From positions 1,800 to 65,799 of the forward strand of contig DASZHS010000001.1 in the NCBI GenBank assembly GCA_035937595.1: a stretch of 64,000 bases of DNA, read 5' to 3'. The position numbers and the translations under genes were made by a program. Shown here in pieces: positions 9,517 through 18,696 of the stretch; position 1 is the first letter of the stretch, and each line of letters starts with the position of its first letter. This DNA comes from Acidimicrobiales bacterium. GTDB lineage: Bacteria; Actinomycetota; Acidimicrobiia; Acidimicrobiales; RAAP-2. The notes beneath the pieces were generated by a model. The model worked only from the letters and a program-made list of their open reading frames with translations. It did not search any database and was not told the DNA's origin.

Positions 9517-9933
9517 ATGGCACGGCCGTCGCCGCGCGAAGTGCCGGCTCGAACCGGCGTGGTCGAGTACGGCCTCGTGCGCCACGGCGTGCTCGAGTCG
9601 CTGAAGAAGGGCAAGCTCCGCCGCGAGGACGTGTGCGACGCGCACCCCGAGCTCCTGCGTGCCGCCCAGCACGTCGGCGTGCCCACCGAGCACCCCTGCC
9701 CCGTGTGCGACGCACGGACCACGACCGAGGTCACCTACGTCTTCGGGTCGCGCCTGCCACCCGGCGGGACGTGCCCGTCGACGCGCGCCGAGCTCGCACG
9801 GCTCGAGCGACGCGAGGAGCCCGTCGTGTGCTTCGCCGTCGAGGCGTGCATCGCGTGCGGGTTCCACCACCTCGCGCGCAAGTGGCAGGCGGGCGGCCGG
9901 CCCGCGCGCCGGGCGGCCAAGCGACGGGCCTAG
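9517..9933 (+). CDS. DUF5318-like Cys-rich hypothetical protein
   Basis: Internal ATG at 9517. It carries a CPVC...C..C four-Cys pattern. Its position opposite PadR-ino1 matches the conserved actinobacterial arrangement as I recall it. Confidence 0.7.
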   Translation: MARPSPREVPARTGVVEYGLVRHGVLESLKKGKLRREDVCDAHPELLRAAQHVGVPTEHPCPVCDARTTTEVTYVFGSRLPPGGTCPSTRAELARLERREEPVVCFAVEACIACGFHHLARKWQAGGRPARRAAKRRA

Positions 9934-10766
9934 TGGCGAGCACCGCCCCGGAGATCCGCCGCCGCAAGCGCGCCGACGGCGCGACGCCCATCGTCATGGT
10001 GACCGCCTACGACGAGCCGTCCGCACGGCTCTGCGACGCCGCCGGCGTGGACCTGCTCTTGGTGGGGGACTCCGTCGCGAACACCGTGCTCGGCTACCCG
10101 GACACCCTGCACGTGACGATGGACGACATGGCCCGGCACACCGCCGCCGTCGCCCGGGCCACGCCCTCGGCCCTCGTCGTCGGCGACCTGCCGTGGATGA
10201 GCTACCACACCGGCGTGGACGACGCCGTGCGCAACGCCGCGACCCTCGTCCGTGCCGGCGCGGGCTGCGTCAAGCTCGAGGGCGGGGCCGTCCGCACCCC
10301 GGTGATCGGCGGGATCCTCGCCGCGGAGATCCCCGTCATGGGCCACCTCGGCCTCACCCCGCAGTCCGTGCACGCGATGGGCGGCTACCGGGTCCAGGGC
10401 CGCGAGCTCGACGACGCGAAGCGGCTGCTGGACGACGCCCACGCGGTCGAGGACGCCGGGTGCTTCGCGCTCGTCCTCGAGGGCGTGCCCGACGTGCTCG
10501 CCGCCCGGATCACCGCCCAGCTCGCGATCCCGACGATCGGGATCGGCGCGGGACCCTCGACCGACGGCCAGGTGCTCGTCTTCCACGACCTCGTGGGGCT
10601 CGGGAACCGGCCGCTCGCGAAGTTCGTCCGCGAGTACGCCCAGCTCGGCCCGTTGGTCACCGACGCCGTCGGGCGTTTCGCGGCCGACGTGCGAGCGGGC
10701 ACGTTCCCCGGGCCGCAGGAGACCTACGCCGCGAGCGCCGAGCTCCGAGCCGCGCTCGGGGAGTGA
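9933..10766 (+). CDS. panB: 3-methyl-2-oxobutanoate hydroxymethyltransferase
   Basis: GTG at 9933 overlaps the upstream TAG. Motifs seen: IVMVTAYD, LLVGDSVANTVLGY, VKLEGG, MGHLGLTPQS. Confidence 0.9.
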   Translation: MASTAPEIRRRKRADGATPIVMVTAYDEPSARLCDAAGVDLLLVGDSVANTVLGYPDTLHVTMDDMARHTAAVARATPSALVVGDLPWMSYHTGVDDAVRNAATLVRAGAGCVKLEGGAVRTPVIGGILAAEIPVMGHLGLTPQSVHAMGGYRVQGRELDDAKRLLDDAHAVEDAGCFALVLEGVPDVLAARITAQLAIPTIGIGAGPSTDGQVLVFHDLVGLGNRPLAKFVREYAQLGPLVTDAVGRFAADVRAGTFPGPQETYAASAELRAALGE

Positions 10767-10779
10767 GGTCGCCGAGCGG

Positions 10780-11877
10780 CTACGTGTAGGTGCCGACGAG
10801 CGCCCCGGTCGTCGCGTCCATCTGGTCGATGAGGTTGTTGGACGCGTTGGCGACCCACAGCATCCCGCCGTGCATCGCGAAGCCCGACGGGTTGTCGAAC
10901 TGGTAGGGGCCGTTCGAGTTGCACATCATCCACGGGCTCTGCACCGCGTGGTTCACGACGTTGAACTGGGTGACCATCGAGGAGGCGCCGAGCCAGCTCT
11001 GGCTCGAGACCCAGACGAACGACCGGTCCGCGACGACCGCGCCGGGGTCGTAGAGGTTGGTGGAGGTCGTGCCGAGGAACGCGAGGGAGCCGGCCGCGAG
11101 CTCGTCGATGGTGTTGCCGGTCGCGTTCGTCACCCACAGGTGCGCGCCGTCCGAGGCGATCCCCGCCGGGGACGAGAACGCGTAGGCGGCGCTCGTCGCG
11201 TTCGTGACGAGCCGGAGCCGCGCTCCCGTGACGAGCGACAAGGCGGTCACGCCGTCGGGCGCCGCCGGGTGGCCCGTCGCGGCGTTGCTGAGGTAGGCCT
11301 CGCCGCCGAGGACCGCGACCCCGGTCACGTCGCCGAGCTTCGACGACGACGCCGGGATCGTGCGGAGGAGGGCCCCCGTCGCGGCCGACCACTCGAAGAC
11401 CGCGCCCGTGCTGCACGCCTCGATGAGGTGGCCCCGCGCATCGATCGCGAGGAGCGCGGTCGCCGGGGCCGTGCACCCGGTGGGCCGCAGCACGCGCAGC
11501 CGCCTGACGCCCACGGTTCGGCCCGCGGCGCTGAACGTGAAGGTCGCCACCGCCCCGCCGGTGCCGGCGACGAAGGCCGTGCGGCGGCCCGCGACCGGCT
11601 CGGCGACGATCGCCGTGGGCGCGGACACCCCGAGCAGCGCGTGCGAGACGGTGCGGACGTCGGTGCCGCCGTTCGCGGCGAGCACCGTGAGGGTGCTCGC
11701 GGCCCGGTTCGCGACGGCGATCCAGGGGCCGATCGACGCGATCGAGGAGGGCGTCGCGAAGTGCGGGCTCGACGACGCGCGGGCGGCGCCGGCCGCGGCG
11801 GGGAGGACCAGCGTCGCGGCGAGCAGGGCCACCGCGGCGGCGGCCGAGGCGACGGCGGGACGGGTGCACCGGAGCAC
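10780..11877 (-). CDS. secreted beta-propeller repeat protein (NHL/YVTN-like)
   Basis: Signal peptide MLRCTRPAVASAAAAVALLAATLVLPAAAGAA. Repeated blocks such as LWVTNATGNTIDEL and LWVANASNNLIDQMD. Confidence 0.7.
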   Translation of the reverse strand: MLRCTRPAVASAAAAVALLAATLVLPAAAGAARASSSPHFATPSSIASIGPWIAVANRAASTLTVLAANGGTDVRTVSHALLGVSAPTAIVAEPVAGRRTAFVAGTGGAVATFTFSAAGRTVGVRRLRVLRPTGCTAPATALLAIDARGHLIEACSTGAVFEWSAATGALLRTIPASSSKLGDVTGVAVLGGEAYLSNAATGHPAAPDGVTALSLVTGARLRLVTNATSAAYAFSSPAGIASDGAHLWVTNATGNTIDELAAGSLAFLGTTSTNLYDPGAVVADRSFVWVSSQSWLGASSMVTQFNVVNHAVQSPWMMCNSNGPYQFDNPSGFAMHGGMLWVANASNNLIDQMDATTGALVGTYT

Positions 11878-12137
11878 GAGGGTCCTCCTTGCGGGCGGTC
11901 ACGTCGACCCTACCGAGGCGGCGTCGGGCCCAAAAGGGGCGGCGACGCGAGTTGGGCGGCAGATGTCAGGGGCGTGCCTCGGCGTTGCGATGGCGCGTGC
12001 CGGCGACGCGCCGTCGGCCCGGGCGGTGCCGGCGCGCCCGACGGCTACGATCTGGCGTCCCGCTGCGGCGGGAGCCACACCCTGCCCCGAGCGACGGGGC
12101 CCGGCGTCCGCGTCGGTCCAGAGGGAGGACATGGCCC

Positions 12138-12461
12138 ATGCGGCCCTACGAGACCATGCTCATCTTCGACGTCGCCGTCGACGCCCAGGAGATCCAGGGG
12201 GCGCTCGACCGCGCGCTCGACGCGATGAAGGCGGCCGGCGGAACCCCCGGGCAGATCGACCGTTGGGGGAAGCGCACCCTGGCCTACGAGATGAAGAAGC
12301 GCCGCGAGGGCTACTACGTCGTCGTCGAGTTCACCGGTGAGCCGGCGACCGTCGCCGCGCTCGACCGGCACCTGACGCTCGCGCCCGAGGTCCTGCGGCA
12401 CAAGATCATCCGCCTGCCGGAGAAGGGTGCCGCACGCCGCGTCGCCGCCGGCGCGGCCTGA
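12138..12461 (+). CDS. rpsF: 30S ribosomal protein S6
   Basis: MRPYETMLIF...WGKRTLAYE. SD GAGGGAGGA lies at 12121-12129. Confidence 0.93.
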   Translation: MRPYETMLIFDVAVDAQEIQGALDRALDAMKAAGGTPGQIDRWGKRTLAYEMKKRREGYYVVVEFTGEPATVAALDRHLTLAPEVLRHKIIRLPEKGAARRVAAGAA

Positions 12462-12472
12462 CAAGGAGCACC

Positions 12473-12922
12473 ATGCCAGACAACACCGTCACCCTCGTGG
12501 GCAACGTCACGCGCGACCCCGAGCTGCGCTTCGTGAGCTCGGGCCAGGCCAACTGCTCGTTCGGCCTCGCCGTCAACCGGCGCTGGCAGAACCGCCAGAC
12601 CCAGGAGTGGGAGGAGGCCACGTCGTTCTTCAACGTCGTCTGCTGGCGCGAGATGGCCGAGAACGTGGCCGAGTCCATCACCAAGGGCGCCCGCATCGTG
12701 GTCGCCGGCCGCCTCGAGCAGCGCAGCTGGGAGACCGACCAGGGCGAGAAGCGCTCGGTCGTCGAGGTCGTCGCCGACGAGATCGGGCCGTCGCTGCGCT
12801 GGGCCACCGCGCAGGTGACCAAGAACGAGCGTCGCGGCCCGGGCGAGGCGCGGCCGGCGAGGTCCGCCCCGCCGCCGCGCCAGGAGCCCGCCAGCTACGG
12901 CTTCGACGAGGAGCCCTTCTGA
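12473..12922 (+). CDS. ssb: single-stranded DNA-binding protein
   Basis: OB-fold N-terminus NTVTLVGNVTRDPELRF and acidic tip ...FDEEPF. Confidence 0.95.
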   Translation: MPDNTVTLVGNVTRDPELRFVSSGQANCSFGLAVNRRWQNRQTQEWEEATSFFNVVCWREMAENVAESITKGARIVVAGRLEQRSWETDQGEKRSVVEVVADEIGPSLRWATAQVTKNERRGPGEARPARSAPPPRQEPASYGFDEEPF

Positions 12923-13419
12923 TGGCACGGAACAACATGCGCACGACGAAGCGAGCCCCGAAGGACCTCGGTCGTCGCATCAAGAAGAAGCCCTGCCAGC
13001 TGTGCAAGGACCACGTCGAGTGGGTCGACTACAAGAACGCCAGCATGCTGAAGCGCTACATGTCCGAGCGCGGCAAGATCCGGGCGCGCAGGGTCTCGGG
13101 CAACTGCGAGCAGCACCAGCGCGACATCGCCGAGGCGATCAAGACCGCGCGAGAGCTCGCACTCTTGCCCTACACGCAGCGCACCGTGACCGAGCGCCGG
13201 GGTGGGGGCCGCGGCCGAGACCGCGACGGCCGTGGACGCGGGCCGCGCGGCGACGGCGAGGAGCCGACGCTCGCGACCGCGGAGCGCAGCGCGGGGTTCC
13301 GGGCGGCCGAGGCGGCCCGCGCCGAGCGTGAGGAGCCCGCGGCGGCCGCCGCCACCGCCCCGGCGCCGGACGCCGCGCCGGCACCCGTGCCCGTGGATGC
13401 CGACGTGGAGGCGGGATGA
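12922..13419 (+). CDS. rpsR: 30S ribosomal protein S18 with a long C-terminal extension
   Basis: The ATG at 12922 shares one base with the ssb stop. The core reads KKKPCQLCKDHVEWVDYKNASMLKRYMSERGKIRARRVSGNCEQHQR. It is followed by about 85 extra residues (RGG-rich, then acidic/Ala-Pro-rich). The stop overlaps the rplI start (ATGA). Confidence 0.9.
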   Translation: MARNNMRTTKRAPKDLGRRIKKKPCQLCKDHVEWVDYKNASMLKRYMSERGKIRARRVSGNCEQHQRDIAEAIKTARELALLPYTQRTVTERRGGGRGRDRDGRGRGPRGDGEEPTLATAERSAGFRAAEAARAEREEPAAAAATAPAPDAAPAPVPVDADVEAG

Positions 13420-13865
13420 AGGTCCTGCTCCGCAAGGACATCGACGGCGTCGGGCGGCGCGGCGACATCGTGGAGGTGAAGGGCGGCTTCGCCCGCAACT
13501 TCCTGCTCCCGAGCGGCTCGGCGCTCGTCGCCTCGGACGCCGTCGCCGAGCAGGCCGCGTCGATGCGGCGCTCGCGCGACCTCAAGGACGCCCAGGACCT
13601 CAAGGCCGCCGCGACCCAGAAGTCGGCGATCGAGCGGGCGACGGTCCCCATCCCCGCACGGGCGAGCGCCCAGGGCAAGCTCTTCGGCTCGGTCGGCCCC
13701 GTGGAGGTCGCCGCGGCGCTGTCCGCCGCGACCGGGGTGGAGGTCGATCGTGCCCAGGTCGTGCTCGAGGAGCACGTGAAGGAGCTCGGGGAGCACAAGG
13801 TCGCGATACGGCTCTTCGGCGACGTCGAGGCCACCGCCACGATCGAGGTCGTCGCCCAGGCCTGA
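13416..13865 (+). CDS. rplI: 50S ribosomal protein L9
   Basis: MKVLLRKDIDGVGRRGDIVEVKGGFARNFLLP. Confidence 0.95.
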   Translation: MKVLLRKDIDGVGRRGDIVEVKGGFARNFLLPSGSALVASDAVAEQAASMRRSRDLKDAQDLKAAATQKSAIERATVPIPARASAQGKLFGSVGPVEVAAALSAATGVEVDRAQVVLEEHVKELGEHKVAIRLFGDVEATATIEVVAQA

Positions 13866-14105
13866 TTGGCCGTCCGACGTGCGCGTCGTCGTGCGCCGAT
13901 CGCGCCGGATCCGTGCGCGCGGCGTGCGTGCATCGTGAGGGCGACCACGAGTGTCACACGGTCCGGCCACCATGCACGCATGGCGCGACGTCGTGTCGGC
14001 GTGCGTGCGCCGGGCGCTGTGGACAATGCACCCCGCGATGCACAGCTAACCCTCCCCCTACCGCCCTATCGCCACACAAGCGGCGTGGACGACAGTTGGT
14101 GAATC

Positions 14106-15482
14106 ATGGTGCAGGCCGTCGACGACGCACGTCCCCTCCGCCTCCAGCGGCCTGACGACGGCCCGAGGGTCCCGCCGCACAACCTCCTTGCCGAGGAGTC
14201 GCTGCTCGGCGCGATGCTGCTCGCGACCGACGCCATCTCCATCGGCACCGAGCTTTTGAGCGCCGAGGACTTCTACAAGCCGGCCCACGGCCAGATCTTC
14301 GCGGCGATCTGCCGGCTCTATGAGTCCGGCCAGGCCGCCGACGCCGTCACCGTCGCCGACGAGCTCGACCGCGCGGGGCTCACCTCGATGGGGACGGACC
14401 CCGCCGCGTTGGTCTCCCTGCAGACCAACACCCCCTCGTCGGCGAACGCGACGTACTACGCGGGCATCGTCCAGGAGCTCGCGCTGCTGCGGCGGCTCAT
14501 CGGGGCGAGCGGGGAGATCTCGGACCTCGCCTACAGCGCCCCGGACGACGTGGCCGCCGTCATCGACTCGGCCGAGCGGATGATCTTCGACGTCGCCGAG
14601 CGGCGCAACGCCGAGACGGTGCGCTCGCTCGGCGAGCTCCTGCACGAGTCCGTCGACTGGATCGAGGAGCGCGGCAAGGGACACATCACCGGGACCGCGA
14701 CGGGCTTCACCGACGTCGACAACATCCTCTTGGGCCTCCAGCCCTCGAGCCTCACGATCGTCGGCGCGCGCCCCTCGATGGGCAAGACGAGCTTCGCGCT
14801 CGGGATCCTCACCCACGTGGGCGCGGTGCTGCGCCGGCCGGCGCTCCTGTTCAGCCTCGAGATGAGCCACCTCGAGCTCTCCCAGCGGCTGCTGGCCTCC
14901 GAGGCCCGGGTCGACGCGCAGCGCATGCGCACCGGCCAGCTTGGCGACGCGGACTGGCAGAAGGTGAGCCGGGCGATCACGCGGCTCGGCGAGGCGAACA
15001 TCTTCATCGACGACAACCCGCACCTCACCGTGATGGACGTCCGGGCGCGGGCGCGGCGCCTCAAGAAGCAGCACGGCGAGCTCGGCGTCGTGATCGTCGA
15101 CTACCTGCAGCTCATGAGCTCGCGCATCCGCGCGGAGAACCGCCAGGTCGAGGTCGCCGAGATGTCGAGGGGGCTGAAGATCCTCGCGCGTGAGCTCGAG
15201 TGCCCCGTCGTCGCGCTCTCCCAGCTGTCCCGCGGGCTCGAGCAGCGCTCGGACAAGCGACCGATGCTCTCGGACCTGCGCGAGTCGGGCTCCTTGGAGC
15301 AGGACGCCGACGTCGTGCTGTTCCTCTACCGCGAGGAGGCCTACGACAGCGACGCCCCCGTCGAGAAGAAGGGGCTCGCCGAGGTCCTCGTCTCCAAGCA
15401 CCGCAACGGCCCGACCGGGCATGCCAACCTCGCGTTCCTCAGCCAGTACGCCCGGTTCGACAACCTCGGCCAGGGCATCTGA
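14106..15482 (+). CDS. dnaB: replicative DNA helicase
   Basis: 458 aa, PPHNLLAEESLLGAMLL and Walker A GARPSMGKTSF. No intein is present. Confidence 0.95.
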   Translation: MVQAVDDARPLRLQRPDDGPRVPPHNLLAEESLLGAMLLATDAISIGTELLSAEDFYKPAHGQIFAAICRLYESGQAADAVTVADELDRAGLTSMGTDPAALVSLQTNTPSSANATYYAGIVQELALLRRLIGASGEISDLAYSAPDDVAAVIDSAERMIFDVAERRNAETVRSLGELLHESVDWIEERGKGHITGTATGFTDVDNILLGLQPSSLTIVGARPSMGKTSFALGILTHVGAVLRRPALLFSLEMSHLELSQRLLASEARVDAQRMRTGQLGDADWQKVSRAITRLGEANIFIDDNPHLTVMDVRARARRLKKQHGELGVVIVDYLQLMSSRIRAENRQVEVAEMSRGLKILARELECPVVALSQLSRGLEQRSDKRPMLSDLRESGSLEQDADVVLFLYREEAYDSDAPVEKKGLAEVLVSKHRNGPTGHANLAFLSQYARFDNLGQGI

Positions 15483-15555
15483 CGCCAGGTCGATCCGGAT
15501 CGCCGTCGTCGGCGGCACGAGAGGTCACCCGAACGAGAGGCCACCCGATCCGCCC

Positions 15556-15590
15556 TTGACGGGCGACCGTCGTCGCCCTATAGTTAACTA
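15556..15590 (+). promoter_or_regulatory. candidate promoter and palindromic operator of the GntR-ABC operon
   Basis: TTGACG (15556-15561), a 17-nt spacer, then TATAGT (15579-15584). The spacer is itself a GGGCGAC-CGTC-GTCGCCC hairpin. The perfect palindrome TAGTTAACTA (15581-15590) overlaps the -10. This is a local AT-rich patch in GC-rich DNA. Confidence 0.5.
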
Positions 15591-15615
15591 GATACCTAGT
15601 GAAATCGGGGACACG

Positions 15616-16005
15616 ATGATCGAGTTCTACCTGGACGCGAAGTCGGGCGTCACCCCTTACCTGCAGCTCGTCCACCAGGTCCGGCGCGCCCTCAAGCTGG
15701 GCATGCTGCAGGAGGGTGACCAGCTGCCGACGGTCCGCGAGGTCGTCGCGCGCATCGCCATCAACCCGAACACCGTCTCCAAGGCCTACCGCGAGCTCGA
15801 GCACGAGGGCCTGGTCGCCGCGCGGGCCGGCGTCGGGACCTTCGTCACGGCGACGACGAGCGACGAGGTCCTCGCCTCGCTGGGGCCGCTGCGCCACGAC
15901 CTCGAGCAGTGGCTCGTGCGGGCGCGCGCGACCGGGCTCGACGAGGAGGCCATCGAGGCCCTGTTCCGGGACACCTTTCGGGCCGTGGCACCTGTAGCGT
16001 CATGA
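15616..16005 (+). CDS. GntR family transcriptional regulator (short YtrA-like type)
   Basis: 129 aa. The motif LPTVREVVARIAINPNTVSKAYRELEHEGLV is a GntR winged HTH. The stop overlaps the next start. Confidence 0.9.
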   Translation: MIEFYLDAKSGVTPYLQLVHQVRRALKLGMLQEGDQLPTVREVVARIAINPNTVSKAYRELEHEGLVAARAGVGTFVTATTSDEVLASLGPLRHDLEQWLVRARATGLDEEAIEALFRDTFRAVAPVAS

Positions 16006-16901
16006 CCGAGCTCGCGCTGCGCGCCGAGGGTCTCGGCAAGCGCTACCGGCGCCACTGGGCGCTCGAGAGCTGCGACCTGCACGTCCCCCGCGGCCACGTC
16101 GTCGGGCTCGTCGGCCCGAACGGCGCCGGCAAGTCCACGCTGCTGCAGCTCGCCGCCGGGCTGCTCGAGCCGACGGCGGGGTCGATCGAGGTGCTCGGCG
16201 CGCACCCCGCGTGCGACAGCGCCCAGCTCGGCCGGGTCGGCTTCGTCGCCCAGGACGCCTCCCTCTACGCCTGGCTCAGCGTTGAGGACCACCTCCGGCT
16301 CGGCGCACACTGCAACGCGTCGTGGGACGCCGCCGCGGCGCACGCGCGCCTCGCCGAGCTCGGGCTCTCCCCCCGCCATCGGGCCGGCCGGCTCTCGGGT
16401 GGCCAGCGCGCCCAGCTGTCGCTCACGATCGCGCTCGCGAAGCGCCCCGACCTGCTGCTCTTGGACGAGCCCGTGGCGAGCCTCGACCCGCTCGCACGAC
16501 GCGAGTTCCTCGGGCTGCTCATGTCGACCGTCGCCGGGGCCGACGTGAGCATCGTGCTCTCGTCGCACCTCGTGAGCGACCTCGAGCGCGTCTGCGACTA
16601 CCTCGTCGTGCTCGTGGACTCCCACGTGCGAGTGGCCGGCGAGATCGAGGACCTGGTGGCGGGCCACCACCGGCTCATCGGGCCGCGACAGTCGGGCCAC
16701 GCCGCGCCCGCGAACCAGACGGTCATCGCCGCGAGCGAGACGGACCGGCAGCGCGTGCTCGTTGTGCGCAGCGACGGCCCGGTCGTCGAGCCCGGGTGGG
16801 AGATCGAGTCGGTCAGCCTCGAAGACGTTGTCCTCGCCTACATGGGGCAGGGCGCGGTGCTCCAGTCCTCCCTCCCTTCGACCCCGACGGCGGCGCCGTG
16901 A
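16002..16901 (+). CDS. ABC transporter ATP-binding protein
   Basis: ATG at 16002. Walker A GPNGAGKST, signature LSGGQRAQ, Walker B LLLLDEP. Confidence 0.92.
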   Translation: MTELALRAEGLGKRYRRHWALESCDLHVPRGHVVGLVGPNGAGKSTLLQLAAGLLEPTAGSIEVLGAHPACDSAQLGRVGFVAQDASLYAWLSVEDHLRLGAHCNASWDAAAAHARLAELGLSPRHRAGRLSGGQRAQLSLTIALAKRPDLLLLDEPVASLDPLARREFLGLLMSTVAGADVSIVLSSHLVSDLERVCDYLVVLVDSHVRVAGEIEDLVAGHHRLIGPRQSGHAAPANQTVIAASETDRQRVLVVRSDGPVVEPGWEIESVSLEDVVLAYMGQGAVLQSSLPSTPTAAP

Positions 16902-17977
16902 CCTGGCTCGCGTGGCGCCAGCTGCGCACCCAGACGCTCGTCGCCGCGGCCCTGCTGGCGGCGCTCGCGATCCTGCTCGTCCTCACCGGTCCGAACCTGC
17001 GGCACTACGCCGACACGGTCGTCAACACGTGCACGGCGCGCCACGACTGCATCGCCGTCACGGCCAACTTTCACAAGCTGGCCCACCTCGCGAACCCGAT
17101 CTCGCTGCTGGTCATCGTCGTCCCCATCCTCCTCGGGGTCTTCTGGGGCGCCCCGCTGGTGGCTCGCGAGCTCGAGGCGGGGACCTATCGACTCGCCTGG
17201 ACCCAGTCCGTGACGCGGGTGCGGTGGATCCTCGTGCGCCTCGTTGCGGTCACCTTGGTGGCCGTCGCGATCACCGGGCTGCTCAGCCTGGTGGTGACCT
17301 GGTGGCAGAGCCCCGTCGACCGGCTCAACGCCGGCCTCTTCAACAGCTTCGAGGCACGCGACGTGGTGCCTGTCGCCTACGTGGCCTTTTGCGTGGCGCT
17401 TGGCGCGTTAATCGGTGCGCTCGTGCGAAGGACCATCGCGGCGATGGCGGCGACGCTCGGGTGCTTCGTCCTCGTGCGGTACGTCGTCCAGCAGTACGTC
17501 TACCCGAACTTGCTCGCGCCGCTGCAGCTCACCCGTCACTTCCGCGCGCCGCCCGTCAACGGCAACAACTCCCTCATCAAGCCGCCGAACCCGGCCGACT
17601 GGGTGCAGTCGGACCAGGTCATCGCACCATCCGGGAAGGTCCTCGGCCAGTACGGGGGGATCGGTCCCCATGGGACGTTCGGCTTCAATGTGTCGAACAA
17701 CGGGTCGGCGGTGTTCCGCGGCGTCGGGCGGTGCCCGAACCGGATCGCCACCCCTCCCGGCCACATCCGCCCGCAGCATCTGACCCCCGCGCAGGCGCAT
17801 TTCCTGCAGGCGGAGATCCAACGCTGCGTGGACAGCTTCCATCTGCGCGAGGTCCTCACCTACCAGCCCACGAGCCACTACTGGCCGCTGCAGTGGTCCG
17901 AGGCCGGGATCTTCGGAGCGCTTGCCGTCGCCCTCAGCGCCGCCTGCATCTGGTGGGTGCGCCGACGCCTGCCGTAG
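16898..17977 (+). CDS. ABC-2 type transporter permease
   Basis: GTG at 16898 overlaps the ATPase stop. The product is a multi-TM hydrophobic protein with one large loop. Confidence 0.8.
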   Translation: MTWLAWRQLRTQTLVAAALLAALAILLVLTGPNLRHYADTVVNTCTARHDCIAVTANFHKLAHLANPISLLVIVVPILLGVFWGAPLVARELEAGTYRLAWTQSVTRVRWILVRLVAVTLVAVAITGLLSLVVTWWQSPVDRLNAGLFNSFEARDVVPVAYVAFCVALGALIGALVRRTIAAMAATLGCFVLVRYVVQQYVYPNLLAPLQLTRHFRAPPVNGNNSLIKPPNPADWVQSDQVIAPSGKVLGQYGGIGPHGTFGFNVSNNGSAVFRGVGRCPNRIATPPGHIRPQHLTPAQAHFLQAEIQRCVDSFHLREVLTYQPTSHYWPLQWSEAGIFGALAVALSAACIWWVRRRLP

Positions 17978-18000
17978 GGCGAGGTTCGTACACTGCCGCC

Positions 18001-18654
18001 GTGGCTCGCGGTGGCGACGTGCGAGCGGACACGCGAGCGGACACGCGAGCGGACGTTCGGCCGGTCTTCCTGGCGGCGGGGGCTGCGTTCGTCGCCGTCG
18101 CTGCGTCGGTCGACCCGGGGCGCCTCGACGAGCCCGCGACCGATGCCTGGACGCTGCGCGAGCTCCTCGCGCACGCGACGCGCGGGCTGACGACGGTGGC
18201 CTCCACGCTGGCCGCGCCGATCGACCCGTCGTCACGGGTGCTCGAGAGCGCGAGCGGGTACTTCGCCGCCGCCATGGCCATCCCGCACGTCCACGAGGGG
18301 ATCGTGCAGCGCGCCCGTGACGCGGCGGCGGCCATGGGCGACGACCCGGGCGGCACCGCCCGCGCGGCGCTTGCGACCGTGGCACCGCTCGTCGAGGCCG
18401 CGCCGCCGGACCGGCTCGTGCAGCACTTCGCGGGCCGGCTGCGCTTCGACGCGTACCTGGCGGCGCGGGTGGTCGAGCTCACGCTGCACACCGCCGACGT
18501 CCAGCTGGCGCTGGGGGTGCCGGTCTCGTTCCCGGACGCGCCGGCACGCCTCACCTGCGACGTGCTCCTCGAGCTGATGGACCGCGCCGATCCGCTCGCC
18601 GTCGCGTGCGCGCTGACGGGACGGACAGGACCGACGTGCCAGGTGCTGTCCTGA
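18001..18654 (+). CDS. maleylpyruvate isomerase N-terminal domain / mycothiol-dependent (DinB-fold) family protein
   Basis: The motif WTLRELLAHATRG is typical of this family. The start is uncertain (GTG at 18001, 18010 or 18019). Confidence 0.7.
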   Translation: MARGGDVRADTRADTRADVRPVFLAAGAAFVAVAASVDPGRLDEPATDAWTLRELLAHATRGLTTVASTLAAPIDPSSRVLESASGYFAAAMAIPHVHEGIVQRARDAAAAMGDDPGGTARAALATVAPLVEAAPPDRLVQHFAGRLRFDAYLAARVVELTLHTADVQLALGVPVSFPDAPARLTCDVLLELMDRADPLAVACALTGRTGPTCQVLS

Positions 18655-18696
18655 GGACGGCGCGCTCGCGTCCTGCCGCGCGGGAGGGCGACGCGG

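Noticed and set aside
14018-14026. The DnaA box, considered as a marker of oriC.
   Set aside because: Only a single box is present. There is no AT-rich unwinding element and no dnaA or dnaN nearby. It is kept only as a low-interest regulatory idea.
18021-18054. 12-nt tandem repeat GCGAGCGGACAC in about 2.8 copies (encoding ADTRADTRAD).
   Set aside because: It is too short and lacks spacers, so it is not a CRISPR or a minisatellite of note. It lies at the uncertain N-terminus of, or just upstream of, the DinB-fold gene. It is probably slippage with no evident function.
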